Position numbers and translations under genes: made by a program
Source: Parasitella parasitica NRRL 2501
Taxonomy: Eukaryota > Fungi > Mucoromycota
NCBI GenBank assembly: GCA_025201805.1
Contig: MU619254.1
Location: 181,935 to 245,934 of the forward strand
DNA length: 64,000 bases
Direction of reading: 5' to 3'
Part shown: positions 39,287-53,949 of the stretch, piece by piece
Position numbering within the stretch: position 1 is the first letter of the stretch
Layout: the number at the start of each line of letters is the position of its first letter
Notes under the pieces: generated by a model
Databases searched by the model: none
The model's input: the letters and a program-made list of their open reading frames with translations, nothing else
Told to the model about the DNA's origin: nothing

Positions 39287-42200
39287 ATGTCAAACGAAAG
39301 CAACGTAAAGAAGAGACGATTGGAAAACGGCACCAAAAAGGCCAGCAATCATTCCAAAATATACCAGCCTTTTCGGGCCATCGGTTACGTTACCAACGAG
39401 ATCCCCTACGTTGTCAACAATCATGGACAAGAGTATTTTTTGACATCTTGCGTTGGAAGCAGCTTTCAAACCTACAATGTAACGTACAATCTGAATAGCT
39501 TTTATTGCCGTGAGTATTAACCCACTATATGCCGTTATGCTAGCTCGGCAAAATGAATTTGCTGTTTGTCAGCACACCCACTGCGAAACCTATCAGTGCA
39601 TTAGCTACTCACAAAAAGCTGATTTATGCTGCTGCTGGCAACTGTGTGATTGGCTATAAGCGTGGTAAAGAAGTTTCTCGAGTCGGGGGACAAGGCAACT
39701 TTAACGTCGTCCAGATCCTTATTTTGGGCGCTTACATTGCTGCCCTGTGCGATGACAATACTCTTAAATTGTGGGACACTACGAATGGAGGTATTAATGA
39801 TATACAGTAAGCGGTAATAATGGACCTGTATTAATCAAGCTGATACGGTAGAACTTTACACTGAAATCGAATTTGGAGAGGAATTCACAGCAACCAACAT
39901 GCTTCACCCTTCAACGTATCTCAACAAAATCCTAGTCTCTAGCACTCAAGGCACCATGCAACTTTGGAACATTAGAGCTAATAAGCTGGTACATCAATTT
40001 ACATATTTTGGGGCTGCTGTCACCTGTTTAGCGCAATCGCCCGTTGTAGACGTGGTTGCTATAGGTTTATTGGATGGCACAACTATTCTCTACAATATCA
40101 AGATGGACGAAAAGATTGATAGTGTGCGCCAGGATGATAGAGTTACTGCCATTACCTTTAGGACTGGTAAGCGGGAAACTGATGCAAACTGTGTGTGGGG
40201 GAAAGCCTTGTCCTGACTTGACTTTTAAAAAACTAGACGATGAACAATTTATGGCAACGGGTAACATGCATGGCGACGTTGCTCTGTGGGATCTCTCCAA
40301 TCGTAGATTAGCCCATATTATGAAGAATGCTCACGATGGATACATAACATCTTTAACCTTCTTACACAACCAACCTGTGCTAGTAACTGGAGCAACGGAT
40401 AATGCGATCAAGGTAAGATCAAACATGGAGCTAGGGAACAAAGACTTGCTGATGGGCTCCTTTGTCATATAGCAATGGATTTTTGAGAAGCATAATTCAG
40501 TGCCTCATCCATTCAAATCTCGCAGTGGACATCACGCGCCGCCCTCAAAGCTGAAATATTACGGCGAGGGTTTCAAAACAATCCTGAGCGCAGGTCGAGA
40601 TCATTCGCTTCGATCGTTTAGCACTGTCCGAGACGCACAAAACTTTGAATTTTCACAGGGCCATCTTGCCAGAAAGGCCAACAAGCACGGTGTTAGCATG
40701 GACGATTTGAAACTGCCCCGAATTATCGATTTCGACGTCAACGATGCAAAGGTGAAAGAGTGGGATAATATTATCACTTGTCATGGCAACGACAATGCCT
40801 GTCGCACATGGTCATCCAAGACAAAAAAGCTGGGAGCACACACTATGATAAGCACAGATAAGACAGCAGTAAAGTCTACTTGCATCTCATCCTGTGGCAA
40901 TTACGGTTACTTGGGCTGCGCGTCTGGTGCCGTTGACATGTATAACATGCAATCTGGGCAGTATCGCAAGACATTTAATGGACACAAAAAGCCTATCACA
41001 GGCCTAACAACAGATACCATTCATCGTTATTTAATCACAGCATCAGTTGATAAAACAATCAAAGTAAGTGACCCTCCACCTTTCCCCCCCCCCCCTCCCT
41101 CCAAACACCTCTCGTTCATACCACAGTAAGACCCAGTGCTCAAAGTCCTGTTTGATTATCGTAGATCTGGGAAATCAAAACTGCTAAGATTGTGCATACG
41201 ATCGAACTTGAATCGCCTGTGGTATCTATCCGCTATCACATTGAAAATGACTTGTTGGCTGTTGTCTGTGATGATTTAGGCATCAGAGTGATTGATCTTG
41301 AAACCAAAAGGATTGTAAGAGAATTCTGGGGACATAGAAACCGCATCACAGACTTTGTAAGTTTGACACACCATATTGTTTTTGTGTAAACTGCAGACTC
41401 TCTCATGCTTACAACTCATTTAGACCTTCAGTCCTGATAGTCGCTGGATTGTTTCTGCTTCACTAGACGGCACTGTACGCACCTGGGATTTACCCACTGG
41501 AGCCATGATTGATATCTTCAAAGTGGAAGACATTGTCACTTGCTTAGCATTCTCTCCAGACGCAGACTTTTTGGCTACTGGTCATGTGGATAACAACGGT
41601 ATATTCCTTTGGGCTAACCTTACGCAGTACGCCAATGTATCTCTGCGTAGTATTCCAGATGATTATGATGCTAAATTGCTCGCATTGCCTACATTGACTG
41701 GCAGCGAGGAGGATGAGGAGGATCTAGAATCTGATCCAGAATCGGACACCGAGGAAACTGTGGAGCAAGAAAAGATGGTCGATCAGCTTACAGACAAGAT
41801 GATCACCTTATCGACGGAACCTAGGTCAAAATGGCAAAATTTGTTACATTTGGATACAATTAAAATGCGCAACAAGCCCAAGGAAACGCCCAAATTACCG
41901 GAAAAGGCGCCTTTCTTTTTACCCACATTACCTGGAGCAAAGGGCCAATTTAACCTGGAGACCGTCATCACCAAAGACGACGAGAATTCAGACTCCAAGA
42001 GAATACGTTTCTCTCAGCTAGATACAGACACAGAATATGCCAAGCTATTGAGATCGGGACATGAGGCTGATGGCCAATGTAAGCTTCTTTCATGCGAGTT
42101 GATTGTCCAATGTCCTTACTCTTTTGTGTGTAGTTGAATCTTTTGTTGAATACGCTAAATCTCTCAGTCCTTCTGCTGTCGATGTTGAAATCAGGTCATT

Positions 42201-42465
42201 CACTATCGATGCAGATCTCGTGCTATTGAATTATTATTTAGAGGCGATCCTTTACATGTTGAAAACACGAAAGAATTTCGAATTAGCACAAGCCTGGTTA
42301 TCTGTGTTTCTGAATATTCACGGCGATTTGATTGTGTCAAACCCAAACAACCCAATTCATGGAAAAATAGATTCGATTTTAGAGGTGCAAGGCAGTGAAT
42401 TCGGTAGATTATCAGAACAAATTCACTATAGCTTATGTTTGATCGATTTTGCTCGTAGAACATAG
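39287..42465 (+). CDS. UTP21: U3 snoRNP / SSU processome WD40 protein UTP21 (WDR36)
   Basis: SKIYQPFRAIGYVTN, HPSTYLNKIL, RSGHHAPP, SKWQNLLHLDTIKMRNKPKETPKLPEKAPFFLPT, KNFELAQAWL. Confidence 0.95.
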
Positions 42466-42593
42466 GCTCGCCCCTCTCCCCCCCCCCCTTCTTTTTTTTT
42501 TTTTTTCTTTTCTTAAATATGATAAATAAATGATGGACCTGGAGATTTCTTACAAACTGCACATGATTTATGCTGATAATCAGTGCAGATTTA

Positions 42594-43175
42594 TTATTTT
42601 TTGTTTCTAAGCATGATTTGTGTGGCTATAGTTGGATGAAATGAATATTTGACAGAATTGCATTGCTCTGCTGTAGATGTTGCTACAATAGGCAAGGCAC
42701 CTTCACTACTACTGAACCATCTGGCTAATAAGCCGCTTTTCTCTGTTAATACAAAATAAGATCCATCTTTTGTTGGTATACTACTAGAGGTATTACTTGA
42801 GCTTTTACTGCTACTTCTACTACTGCTGCTGCTGCTATCACTTCTAAGAGGACGTTCCTGCTGTTGTTTATCTGATTTGGTCGATCCTGAGGCGACCACT
42901 CGCCTAAATGATTCTTGAAGAGGATCTTGGTAATTTCGAATGCTGCAGTACTCTTTGTTCATTTTATCAAGCTCCGTTGCTAATATTTTCATGTTCTTGG
43001 GGTGGTCTAAATTGTTTTTACCATTCGTTAACAATGATGGCCGTTGTAACTGCAGTTTGTGTTGTTGAGTTCGACTCAATTCGGCCTGTTGCTGCTTTTG
43101 TTTCAGGATTTTGCTTCTGTTTTGCAGAATGGCACGACGATAGTAGATGTTCTGGTCCTGATTAGCCAATGGCAT
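42594..43175 (-). CDS. TORC1 subunit TCO89-domain-like protein
   Basis: SRTQQHKLQLQR and ELDKMNKEYCSIRNYQDPLQESFRRV resemble the conserved Tco89 blocks (SRTQQKL.LQR; EY..VRRF.NP...S..R). Confidence 0.55.
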   Translation of the reverse strand: MPLANQDQNIYYRRAILQNRSKILKQKQQQAELSRTQQHKLQLQRPSLLTNGKNNLDHPKNMKILATELDKMNKEYCSIRNYQDPLQESFRRVVASGSTKSDKQQQERPLRSDSSSSSSRSSSKSSSNTSSSIPTKDGSYFVLTEKSGLLARWFSSSEGALPIVATSTAEQCNSVKYSFHPTIATQIMLRNKK

Positions 43176-43689
43176 CTTTGGCTACTTTTTTTCTTTTTTT
43201 AAAAAAAAAGAGAGATGTATGAATGCAAAATGAAAGCGAAAGAAAGAGAGAAACGTTAGATGTAAATGTCTTTCTCTTTCTTATTTTTTTTTTTTTTTTC
43301 AACCTACTGCGAGGTCTGAGGAAATGTTATAAACACATGATACTTATGTTTGTCTTCATGTTGAAATTAAAATAATATTTAATTTTCACTAGTTGGTTTT
43401 ATGCTGCTCACAGTTGCTTAAGAAGGGATCAGCGACATGACCTCTCGCATGAGACTGACGGGAAATACACACATGGTACAATGGCAACAACTGCTGAGAT
43501 TGAATTTACCACTGCGAGTAGTGGTCTTTAGAAGTGAAGCACCTATTTCAATTGAGGAGCAAAACATAAAATCCATAAACATTCAACTTATACCTTGATA
43601 CAAATCAATAGCCAAGGTGCTGTAAAATACGAACTCAAAATTTATTTTCATGTATCTTCATGTTTTGGTTAAAATAAATGCCACCTAAT

Positions 43690-44960
43690 CATGACCACCG
43701 CCTTTTTCCCCGCTTAAAGGCACAATCTACAATCTCTAATACCTTTACAAACTATTAAGCAATGGAGACACAATCTTCAGCCAGAATCATCTTTTTTTGC
43801 ACCATTCTACAACATATCCGAGTTTCATGCATCTCTGACCATTTTTCAAATTTTGCTATGTTTGGACCCCAAACCTCATATCTGATTTTCAGTTTTCAAC
43901 TTTGAATCAACCTTCAGGGTCATTTTCAGGTACGGATTTGGGGTCCGAGGCAAGTATAAATCCAAATACTAGTATGATAACTGTACCTCACTACGTTTTT
44001 GGATTCTGAATATCTATCTTTGCTGTCGAGATATTGCCAAAACCAGATTTTACAGATTTCGCAAATTTTACAGCATATGTTCCTTTAACAAGTACAAAAT
44101 TTTGCAATTAAATTATGTCTAACTTCCTAAGTAAAGTAATAAAGCATGTTTTGGTACACCTACTCGTATTAAACATATCGTAATGAAGCTTGGATTCGAC
44201 AAACTTGAGCCAGTTTTGTCTTTTTACGTTAAACTTTGTCCGCCTGTTTCTCAAAAAGCCACTATGACACTTTGGCTTGAGTGATTATTAAAATCTTTTT
44301 GAAACTTAATTTTCTACTAGATGTACTAGTTTTTAGATAGATATGTCGAAAAAAATATTTTTTCATGTGTTTTTAGCAGAGGCTGGATTTATTTTTATAA
44401 CTTTCAAAGCAGTAAATAGTATTTAAAGATACATGCTATAGCAATACAAACATAGAGCTACAAAATAGCTACGGAATGGTTTTTGTTTGGTTAAAAAATG
44501 TCAATTTTCGAGCGAGGTAATGGCGAAAAAAAGTATGGATTTTTTATCCTTTTGAATGGCTCCATTTTGGCCCTATAAGTCTAGGGACGAAAAAATGTAG
44601 GTTCAATTTGGTCGAGACAAAATTTTGATTTTTGGCAGAAATAATAAAGCTACAGTTATAAAAAAAATATTGACGTGTAGGTATTGACAGGATGGTTTGT
44701 TTGGTCAGCTTTATAGAGCTGAATGTGCTCAAAATATGCTTGATTTTACTCAAAAACTATCAAAAATGGCGTTTTTCGAATATTTGAAATTGGTAATAGC
44801 AAAAGGTATTTATATAGCCTTGTAATACATATTGTTAGATGCAGCATTTAATTTATGTTATAAAACTCTTAGAACGCATATCCAATATACCTATTACGTT
44901 CTTGAGATATCTAGCAATGAACTATGCGAGATTTTTGAGAATCTGATTTTGGCCAAATGG
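43690..44960. mobile_element. degenerate non-coding repeat / MITE-like relic
   Basis: no credible ORF; imperfect inverted repeats 43862-43885/43926-43948 and 44034-44063/44925-44956; left part has a second copy at 7331-7555. Confidence 0.5.
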
Positions 44961-45347
44961 ACACGCACTGCTGAGATTCAATCTACAGCCTATTTTGTCG
45001 CTGTATCAAGCTCATGCATCCCACGCGTTGTTCCGCCAGCCAAGCTTTATTCAATTTGCGGTAAATGCTTTACCAAATCTGCTCAGTTTCTATCATGTCA
45101 AGCACCTTTTTTCAGAATTTTCGGGCAGAGTTGCAGAAAGAGATGACTTGAACCAAACACCTGGTTTCCTACTGAAGAAATAGTCAAAGTGAGACTTTTT
45201 ATATAGGTTCCTGGCTCAGGCATTTAGTTCAAAGCTTGCCGCACGCACTGTGCGAACCGAAAAAAGATGAGACAGGTAGGAATTTTCTCATTTTTGTAAA
45301 AATAATTTGAGCAAGCTTTTCATCTAATCACCATAACAGCGACCAAA

Positions 45348-45869
45348 ATGCGGTTTCGAATTCTTGTAGCCTTATTCCTATTCCTCATACTGATGGGAAT
45401 CTTGGGGTTTGCACCTATTCATCTTCATGAACAAATAAATGATAAAGCACTTCATTTTTCCATCTTCTTCATAGTAGCCGTGTTTTTGTACTTCTTATGG
45501 AACCTCTCGGTGAAGCGAAACTTGATATTAGCCACAATCATCTTAGTCGTACTAGCTGTTGGCAGTGAGTTTATACAAGGTTTATTGCCGGTACGTTTCG
45601 ATTTGTACAGCATATGCAAAAGAAAATAGCTGATTCACTTTTAACAGTACCGTGCGTTTGATGGTTATGATATTCTGGCGAATTTGCTGGGCGGCACATG
45701 CGGAATTGCAATATCTTCAACCATTGATTGTTTGATCGATAGACACCGAGAAAACAAAAGAAGGTTTGGTGGTATACGAGAAGCAGAATATCAGAGCGCT
45801 TTGATGGAGTTTACAGATGACGATGACGAGGAATACGACAATAGTTATAAGCTTTCTGATCGTGTTTAA
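45348..45869 (+). CDS. VanZ-like membrane protein, 2 exons
   Basis: INDKALHFSIFF...GSEFIQGLLP|YRAFDGYDILANLLGG pattern. Confidence 0.85.
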
Positions 45870-46424
45870 CTTGTTAAACTGTAAAACCATGTGTATATAG
45901 ACATATTATATCAACTAGTAATATCCCCTTCTCTTACTCGACAAGCACTATTTTTGACGCCGCAAAACATGCAAGAATCTCTGCCCATAAAATAGCTATC
46001 GGATGCGCATTATGACAGCCATTTGATTTGCTAAATTTTTATTACTTAATTTTCACGCACATGCAAATGATCGCAAATATCTTGTCATCATCTGCTTTTC
46101 AGATACTTTCTGTGGCAGACTTTGGGGGGGGGGGGAGAGGGTTTTTTCTAAATGAAATACCACCACAGCCCAAATTTATAGCCTGTAGCTTATGTACAAT
46201 CTTTACCTGTCTGAGGGAGGGCTATTTAAAAATAGCATCGCATAAGTGTAAAGTACAACTTGGCCTGTAGGTTGTTTGTTCATGTATTCTACTATCAAAG
46301 GATCCATCTCGTCATAGACTGAGCAGATCAAAGCAGCTGCATTTCGGTGACTGAATCATGACAGTACAAGTTAGTGCGCCTCCTTCAATTGGTTTTATCC
46401 TTTTTTTTTTTTTTTTTTTTTCAA

Positions 46425-49400
46425 ATGAAACAAACTAGTAACATGTCTTCGACACAGACATTAGCTGGATTTCCATGTATTTGGATATTTCGATTTCTAT
46501 GCGAAGATGAAGAGCCATTACCGGGATCGCCAGCGCAAACATCCAAGTCTCCTACAGGTTTTACAACGCAACTAATTCTCTGCACAAGCGTAGGTTTGTT
46601 ATGCTTTTTGCTGTTTTGTTTTCTCAGAGTGAGGCAAGTGATTGTTGTTGCATGTCAGTGCGGCTCTATTGACGGGCTAAGAAAACATGGTTCATGTGTA
46701 GATGGACTGCTATATACTCTCCAAGATTACGAATGAGAAAGTAAGTGATTTCTCCAGCCAAGCGAGCTTCCACATACCTGACTGAAAAATCATGCAACCA
46801 GACATGCGCCAGATCAATTGCCAACAAGTCTCTTTGGCTGGATTATTCCGTTGCTAAGGACGCCAAATTCAGTGGTGATGGACAAAGTTGGACTTGATGC
46901 AGTTGTGGCAAGTATACATGCGGTAGTTTGATGTAGGTAGCAATAACACCACCCTTTTTGATCAGATGCTGCAGTTTTTGCTGATGAGTGTGAAACTGTT
47001 TAGCTTTTGTGGATTTTTTGGTACGGTAGTGCTGTATCCCATTAGCAAAATGGGAGGAGACATAGCAAATGGAACACATCCCGAGAATCCAGGCAACAGC
47101 ACCGATGGCAGTAACGGCACCAGCACATTTTTGTTTACACAGCAGCATCACTTTTTTGCGGGGACTGTAAGCACCAACATCAGCTTTGTATCACACTCGG
47201 TTTCGTTTTTGTGGGTCTATTTGTTCTTTACCTACTTGTTTGTGTTTGCTACCTTTTACTTTACCTTTCTCAACTACAGAGACTATGTGCGTATTCGTCG
47301 AGAGTTTCTCCTGAGAAAGGCCAAGACGCTGTCATCTCGCACGCTACTGATCACAGGCATCCCACCTTATCTGCGATCAGACCGCAAACTGGCAGACTAT
47401 TTCGAAAAGCTCGGCATTGGAGTTGTGGAGTCTGTGCATACGATACGGCATGTAGGAAGGCTGTTGGAATTCATCAAAGAGAGAGCACAGCACCTGAGAC
47501 AGCTAGAAACTGCGTACACTAATTATCTGGGCAACCCTTGCGACGATCTGAATTACGATCCAGATGAGATCCTGAACGAGCAGGATTCTCGGCAAGTAAC
47601 GTTGCACGAAACGTGCTCCACATCCAATACATTGCCAACGCATCAGAAGCAAAAACAACGGCCCAAGTTTCGACACGGCATCTGTTGCGGCCCCAAAGTG
47701 GATTCGATCGACTATTACACTGAAAAATTCGACGAAATTGACGCTTTGGTTGTGAAAGCTCGAAAGGTGGGTAAGTTTCTGCCCACAAGTGTTGGCTTTG
47801 TTACTTTCGAAGAGACAATCAGCGCGGTAAGTGTAGTGCTATGGGCTGGATTTCCAGTCGCTGATTTTGTTTTGCATGAATTCTGTAGTATGTGGCTTCT
47901 CAGGTTTTGATTGATTCCACGCCATTCAGACTTCGGGCACAGCTCGCACCTGAACCAAGAGATGTGCTATGGGAGAATATTGCTATGCACGGTCGGGAGA
48001 GAGTTATTCGCAAGGCCTTGGTCATGCTTATTTTACTGTTTCTGGTGTTTTCATGGACCATTCCCTGCAACTATCTCTCTGCGTTGACGTCAACCAAATC
48101 GCTCAAGGCCTACTTTCCTTGGCTGCTGAAACTGGCCGAGAAGAACAAGATCCTGAAGCAGATCGTCGCTGGTTTCATCCCGACCTTGGGCGTGGTCATC
48201 TTTTTCTCTGTGCTACCTATTGTATTCAACAGTTTGAGTGTTATTGAAGGGTTTACAACTAGAAGTGAGTCGGAGGAATCTTGTTTCGCAAAGTAAAGGA
48301 CGATTTCCATAGAGTGATGACTATAGACAACACATTCATCTTTTTTTTTTGTAGGCAATTCTTCTTTTTATTTTCAAACGTACTATTGTTCATCACAGTA
48401 GCAAGCACCCTGTTCAAGTCGCAAAAAGATATATTTGAAGATCCCACCAAGATCGCCAATATCTTTGCGTCTAAACTGCCTGAAGTAGCACCGTTCTACA
48501 TCAACTATACAGTGCTTCAAGGCATCATGCTGTGTCCTATCCAACTACTGCAGATTGGCCCTATTATCGTTCAGCAATTCTACCGCACATTTTTATGTAA
48601 AACCCCTCGTGATTACGCTGAAGTTTTTGCACCTCGCATGTATAACTTTGGATGGGGCTATCCTGTCCCTGTATTTATGTTTGTCGTGATTCTGGTGTAT
48701 TCGACCATTTCTCCTTTAATTTTGGTTTTCGGGGTCATTTACTTTGCCATGTCATATCTCGTCTGTAAATATCAACTGTTGTATGGTAAAGTAGCAACGG
48801 TGGCATATATATACACAAGCATAGATATAGTGATCAACTCATGTTTGTCTTATAGTGTACTTTCACTCGTATGAAGTTGCGGGAAGAATGTGGCCGCTGG
48901 TCTTTTCTCGTATTATTATAGGCCTCTTGATCTTTGAATTGACATCTGCGGGTTTATTTACACTAAACAAATCGTATCCGCTGGCCGCTCTCTGCATCCC
49001 ACTCATTTTTCTTACAGTGGCGTACAAATTTATGATGGACAAGGCATATCAAAGGAGTACCCAATTCTTACCCCTGCAGTTGCTATCCGAAAAACTCGGG
49101 CCTATGACAACCATTGCTCTGCAGCAAAATCAACTAGCAGATAGTGCAACCGTGAACGATATTAATGTGCATCCATTAATCAAGGACGTCCCCGCCGAAA
49201 CAAGCAAAGGTGCTGCAGATACCCCACATGCCGAAGCTAGCACCAGTAGCGCTGCTGCAATGAAAAGGAACAGAAAACGGCGTACCGTATTGGACGAAGA
49301 TGATTATGTTGCTGATCCGAGAAAGTTTACTGATTTTAGGGAACCACCCATGACGCTATTGAATGGTATTTTAAATACGGGCATGAAGCAATATGGCCAT

Positions 49401-49884
49401 CCAGCGCTACTAGGCGTTTTGCCTCAGCTTTGGCTCCCCATCAAAGCCGGATACGAAGACCGTGCTGTGCTTGACAAAAATAATACTGGCAGTAACGAGT
49501 CTTCTTCGGCATCATTCTCGTCCTCTTCCTCTGCCGTGAAAAAACGACAACAAACAGACTCGCCAGGTTATTAGATGATATCAGTGTAACTGCTGTAGTA
49601 TAATTTTTATTAATCGTTGTCCTATTCTAGATCAAATTAACGAAAGTCAGCCCCTTTTGGATAATGATATACTAAATCGTTCATTAAATAATGCCACGAA
49701 CATACCAATCAAGAAGAAAAAGAAAAGGACTCAAGAGGATCAAGAGCGAGAAGAAGGAGGTCAGACTGACGAAGAAGAGGAAGAAGATAACTCTGCCACT
49801 TACTATCACCATCCAGAGAGACGCCATTCCAAGAACCTACTGAGTCGCTCCTACGGAGCAACATCGTCGACGTCCAAGAAATAG
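46425..49884 (+). CDS. CSC1/OSCA/TMEM63 (DUF221/Rsn1) calcium-permeable channel
   Basis: IYSPR, GLDAVVMLQF, SSRTLLITGIP, VGFVTF, APEPRDVLWEN, YSTISPLILVFG, KYQLLYVYFHSYEVAGRMWP. Confidence 0.93.
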
Positions 49885-50306
49885 TTGCGATAAAAACCAG
49901 CAAGAATATTAGTATATAGCTCAATTGATGCCATTAAAATTGAAAATGTATCTATTTATTCTTTTAAGGAGATGTGGTAAAATAACGTTTTCAGTCTTGA
50001 CTTCTCCCTCTCTCCTCCTATACGCTGTAGAACTCGAAAACCAACCCCTTTTTATTATTATAGAAGGGGGGAAAGAAGGGGAGGAGGAGCAGCAAACAGA
50101 ATTTGAGTAGGTTTATATGTGCAAAGGACATTTGCCCTTTTGCTTTCTATATCTCTCTTTCTTTCTTTCTTTCTTTCTTTTACATTTACCTTTTTGTTCC
50201 ATCTTAATTTCATATAACCTTTATCCCCCTCCCCCTCCCCCCTTTCCCCTTTTACAAGAACCTTTTCTTACACACTGCAACCCAGCTTGCCCCCCTAATT
50301 TTCACC

Positions 50307-53300
50307 ATGGCAACCCAATATTACTCATCCTCTGCTGCCTCTGAGAAGCTGGAAGAAATAGACGAAGAAGAGCAGCTCATGTGGCAATCTGAACATGCCG
50401 CAGCTCATCAGCACCTTCAACAGCATCACCATATCCCCGAAGAAGACGAATATGAGGATGACCAAGACAGTGAGGAAGAAGACGAATTGATGATCGAGGA
50501 CGCATCCTCCATGTCATCGTCTCCTAGCATACCGGATGAAAACATCAACTTTGACCTCGTATACGCGCTGCATACATTTGTAGCAACCGTGGAAGGCCAG
50601 GCGTCTGTCGTTAAAGGTGATGCTCTGATTTTGATGGAAGATACAAACATTTATTGGTGGTTAGTTGAGGTGTTAAAGACACGTGAAGTCGGTTATATCC
50701 CGGCAGAGAACATTGAGGTAAGCGACATATAGCGGCGCTGGATAAATTCATGCTGAGTAACGTTCTTTGATAGACACCATACGAAAGATTGGCTAGATTA
50801 AACAAGCACCGTAATGTCGAAATCACTTCGCCGTCGATCCACGATACAACTCCTTTGCCTTTAGCTGCTCAGCACCCGCTGCACCCACCTCGTAGAGTCG
50901 TCATTGCCGACGAATCCATGTCGCAGATCTTTTTTTATGAAGTGGAGTCAGAGATCGACGAAGACGAAGACCCAGAACGCTTTGATGAAGAGGACGAGCG
51001 CGACATGGAGGACGACGGCCAAGATGCAGAGAATACTAATGAACAAGCCCACAGTACTTTACAGGAATACCAGAATGAATTCCATGAAATGGTCATGGAC
51101 CCAGAAGAGCCTGCCGAATCAAAGCAAGAGTGGCAAGAAAAGAGCTGGGAAGTTGACGATACGCCACACCCTATGGAGGCACCCTCTGCCAGCACGACAT
51201 GCTCAACCTTGGAGCAAACCAGTGAGGAAGATCAGCCACAGATAATGGAGCTTCGCGTGTTTGCAGGAAACATTGGAACAGGGCCATTGTTCCATACATT
51301 TTCGATATCACTCGCTACTACGGCCGACGAGCTGATCAAAACGTCCGTGCAAAAATTTGGCATGCACGCAGAGCCTTCTCAAGACACCACAATCGAGTAC
51401 TACTTGGCTGTGCAAGGCATGGATGGCGACGAATACGTATTGTCTGCTCAAGACAAGCCATTTTCCATTTTCAAAACATTGACAGATTCGTTGACTACAC
51501 CTATGCCGTCATTTTCGCACGTCAAACGCATCTCACAGCAATCACTGTCTTCTCTGCAATCACGCAACAGTACGTCTCGTCGACCCAGATCAAGCAGCTT
51601 TAGTAACTACGAGCAGACAAGCTTCGATGAGGACTCAGTCATCCGATTCTACATCCATCGCCGCATCAAGCGGGCACATGAACGAGAAGGTTTGCTCTAT
51701 ATCAAAGTATCTCTTTATCCAGATGAAACTGCAACTACAGCATCTACTGTTGCGAACCCCCAGCCTGCATTTATCAAGAATCCTACTAAATCTTCAAAAT
51801 TGTCCAAGAAGCGGCAGCAGCAGCAGCAACAGCAACAAATTCGCTCTGAGATCGACCGCATCGACAAGATCATCTCTGTCCGTCAAGAGTCTCCAATTGG
51901 CGCAGTTATTAATCTCGCCCTTGAAAAGTTCCATGTGCCTGACGCGGTAGCAGATGATTACCAGCCCGGCAATAATCAGCAATTACGGAATTCCAGACAA
52001 CTAGGCAAATACAGAATGTCGGTACGGGGCAACGGTCAAGGTAAAATTCAGGGAGGATAAAGGAGAGGGAAAGAAAAAGAGAAAGAGAGAGAGAGAGAGA
52101 TATTAATAGCCCTTCAATAATTAGAAACTGAATTAAACCCAAATGAACTCATGTCAAATGTGCTTTTACAACAAAAGTCCTTCTCTCCTAATCACACGGG
52201 TCCCATTACAAGCGATCTGCTATTTGTCGTACGCAAAGCTGGCTCCAACACAAAGAAGCAATCGCAAAAGGAAAGACACACAGGCACAGCAAAGTCATCG
52301 CAAATAGAGCAACTGCCTCAGCTATCCATTGCAAAAAACGAAGAATACGTGCGACGACCAAGCATCCTTGATATTTTAATGGATGCTGCTCCTAAAATGG
52401 GTGAACGAAGACCGAGTGTCATGAGTAGTTTACTCGAACCCCCAGCACGTTTAACGGAGGATGGCAGGAGGCCATCTTCTGGTCTAAATAATACGCAGCA
52501 AGCCTCACCTTCGTCTTCTTCTTCCTCTTCTTTTCCTACAAGTACAAAATCACCCAACTCACTTCTTGGGTTCAACAGACGCTCTTCTGCTCAATCATCC
52601 TCTGTAATATCAAGCTCTTCTATTGACGAGCAGCAATTGATTCATTCAGACTCCACCCTAATTATGGACAATTTAGAAGTTACACCTACATCCTCATCAT
52701 CCATCATGCGTCCGTCCAACAGTATTAGCACAGAAAATCGAAGAAAAGAATCCTTCAAGCAGCAGCTCAAACGCTTTGTCGGCTGGGGTTCTTCCTCCTC
52801 TGCGTCTTCGCCTACCAAAAAGACCATCCCTCCTCCCTTGACAACACCTTTCTCTAATTACAGCGATATTCAATCTCCATCTGATATCAGTTTCGTATCT
52901 GCTCCATCTACTCCACTGCCCCCTACACCTGGTACGCCAAGATCATTCGTACCAAACAGTGCCAAATCTCGTCAAGGAAGCACAAGTCACCCGTTAGAAA
53001 CAAGCACTCCCGTCATGTCTAGAAGACCTAGTGAGAACGCTGCCCTGAACGACCCATCGGCAGCTGCCATGGCTGCAGTTGCTGCTGTTACGGCTGCCAA
53101 CAAGCGATTGTCTACTGTATCCTCCGTGTCCTCCTCCACAACCTCCTCAGTTACCTCGGAAGAAATTGCTGCTGCTACGAACCAAGGACTTATGATGGCC
53201 GACGCAAACGATGATGATAGTTCGGACGAGGACGACGAAGACGTGGGCGCTAAAGACAGTAAAAAGCAAGTGTCTTTCGATCAACAAAAGTCTTTAGAAC

Positions 53301-53911
53301 AAATCGCTGAACCACCACAAGCAATCCAAGCTGAAGCAATGGTGCAAAACAACATGGCGGCAGAGGAACCAAACGATATCCAAGCACAGTATGCCATGTG
53401 GATGAACAGCCAAACCAACATTGGTGTCCCAGAAGAAGAGGTCAGTGTAGCCCCTATTCCACCCGCTAAGGTTCCTTCTACGGCAGCAAACACGGCAATT
53501 TCGACCAAAGCGCTTCCCCCTGTTGCTCCACAACAACCTGCTAGAAGCCCATTAAGGAATAAATCATCCAATATTTCAAATGCTACTACTGCAACAACAA
53601 ATAATGTGCCCTCAGTCGTTGCCACAACCCCAGCACAGTCTACCTGTGCAACAACTGCTACTCCCTCCATCGCCTCAGCAAACACCAAGACGGAAATTGA
53701 CGAGTCTGTGCTACCAGATTCATCTGTCCAGAAACAACAGCAAGAGCCACTGCATCCCATGCCATCTAATAACGGACAAGACATTGATGACTTGTTTTTA
53801 CTGGTTGCTCATGGTGTTGATTTCCTGACTTCAAGAGAGAATACAAAATGGGAGGAAGAAGGAGGCTATGAATTCCATCCATGGAACAGACCTCAAAGCT
53901 CGTTTTCCGTA

Positions 53912-53949
<38 letters not shown>

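Noticed and set aside
38852-39293. ORFs containing long X runs
   Set aside because: Artefacts of the assembly gap
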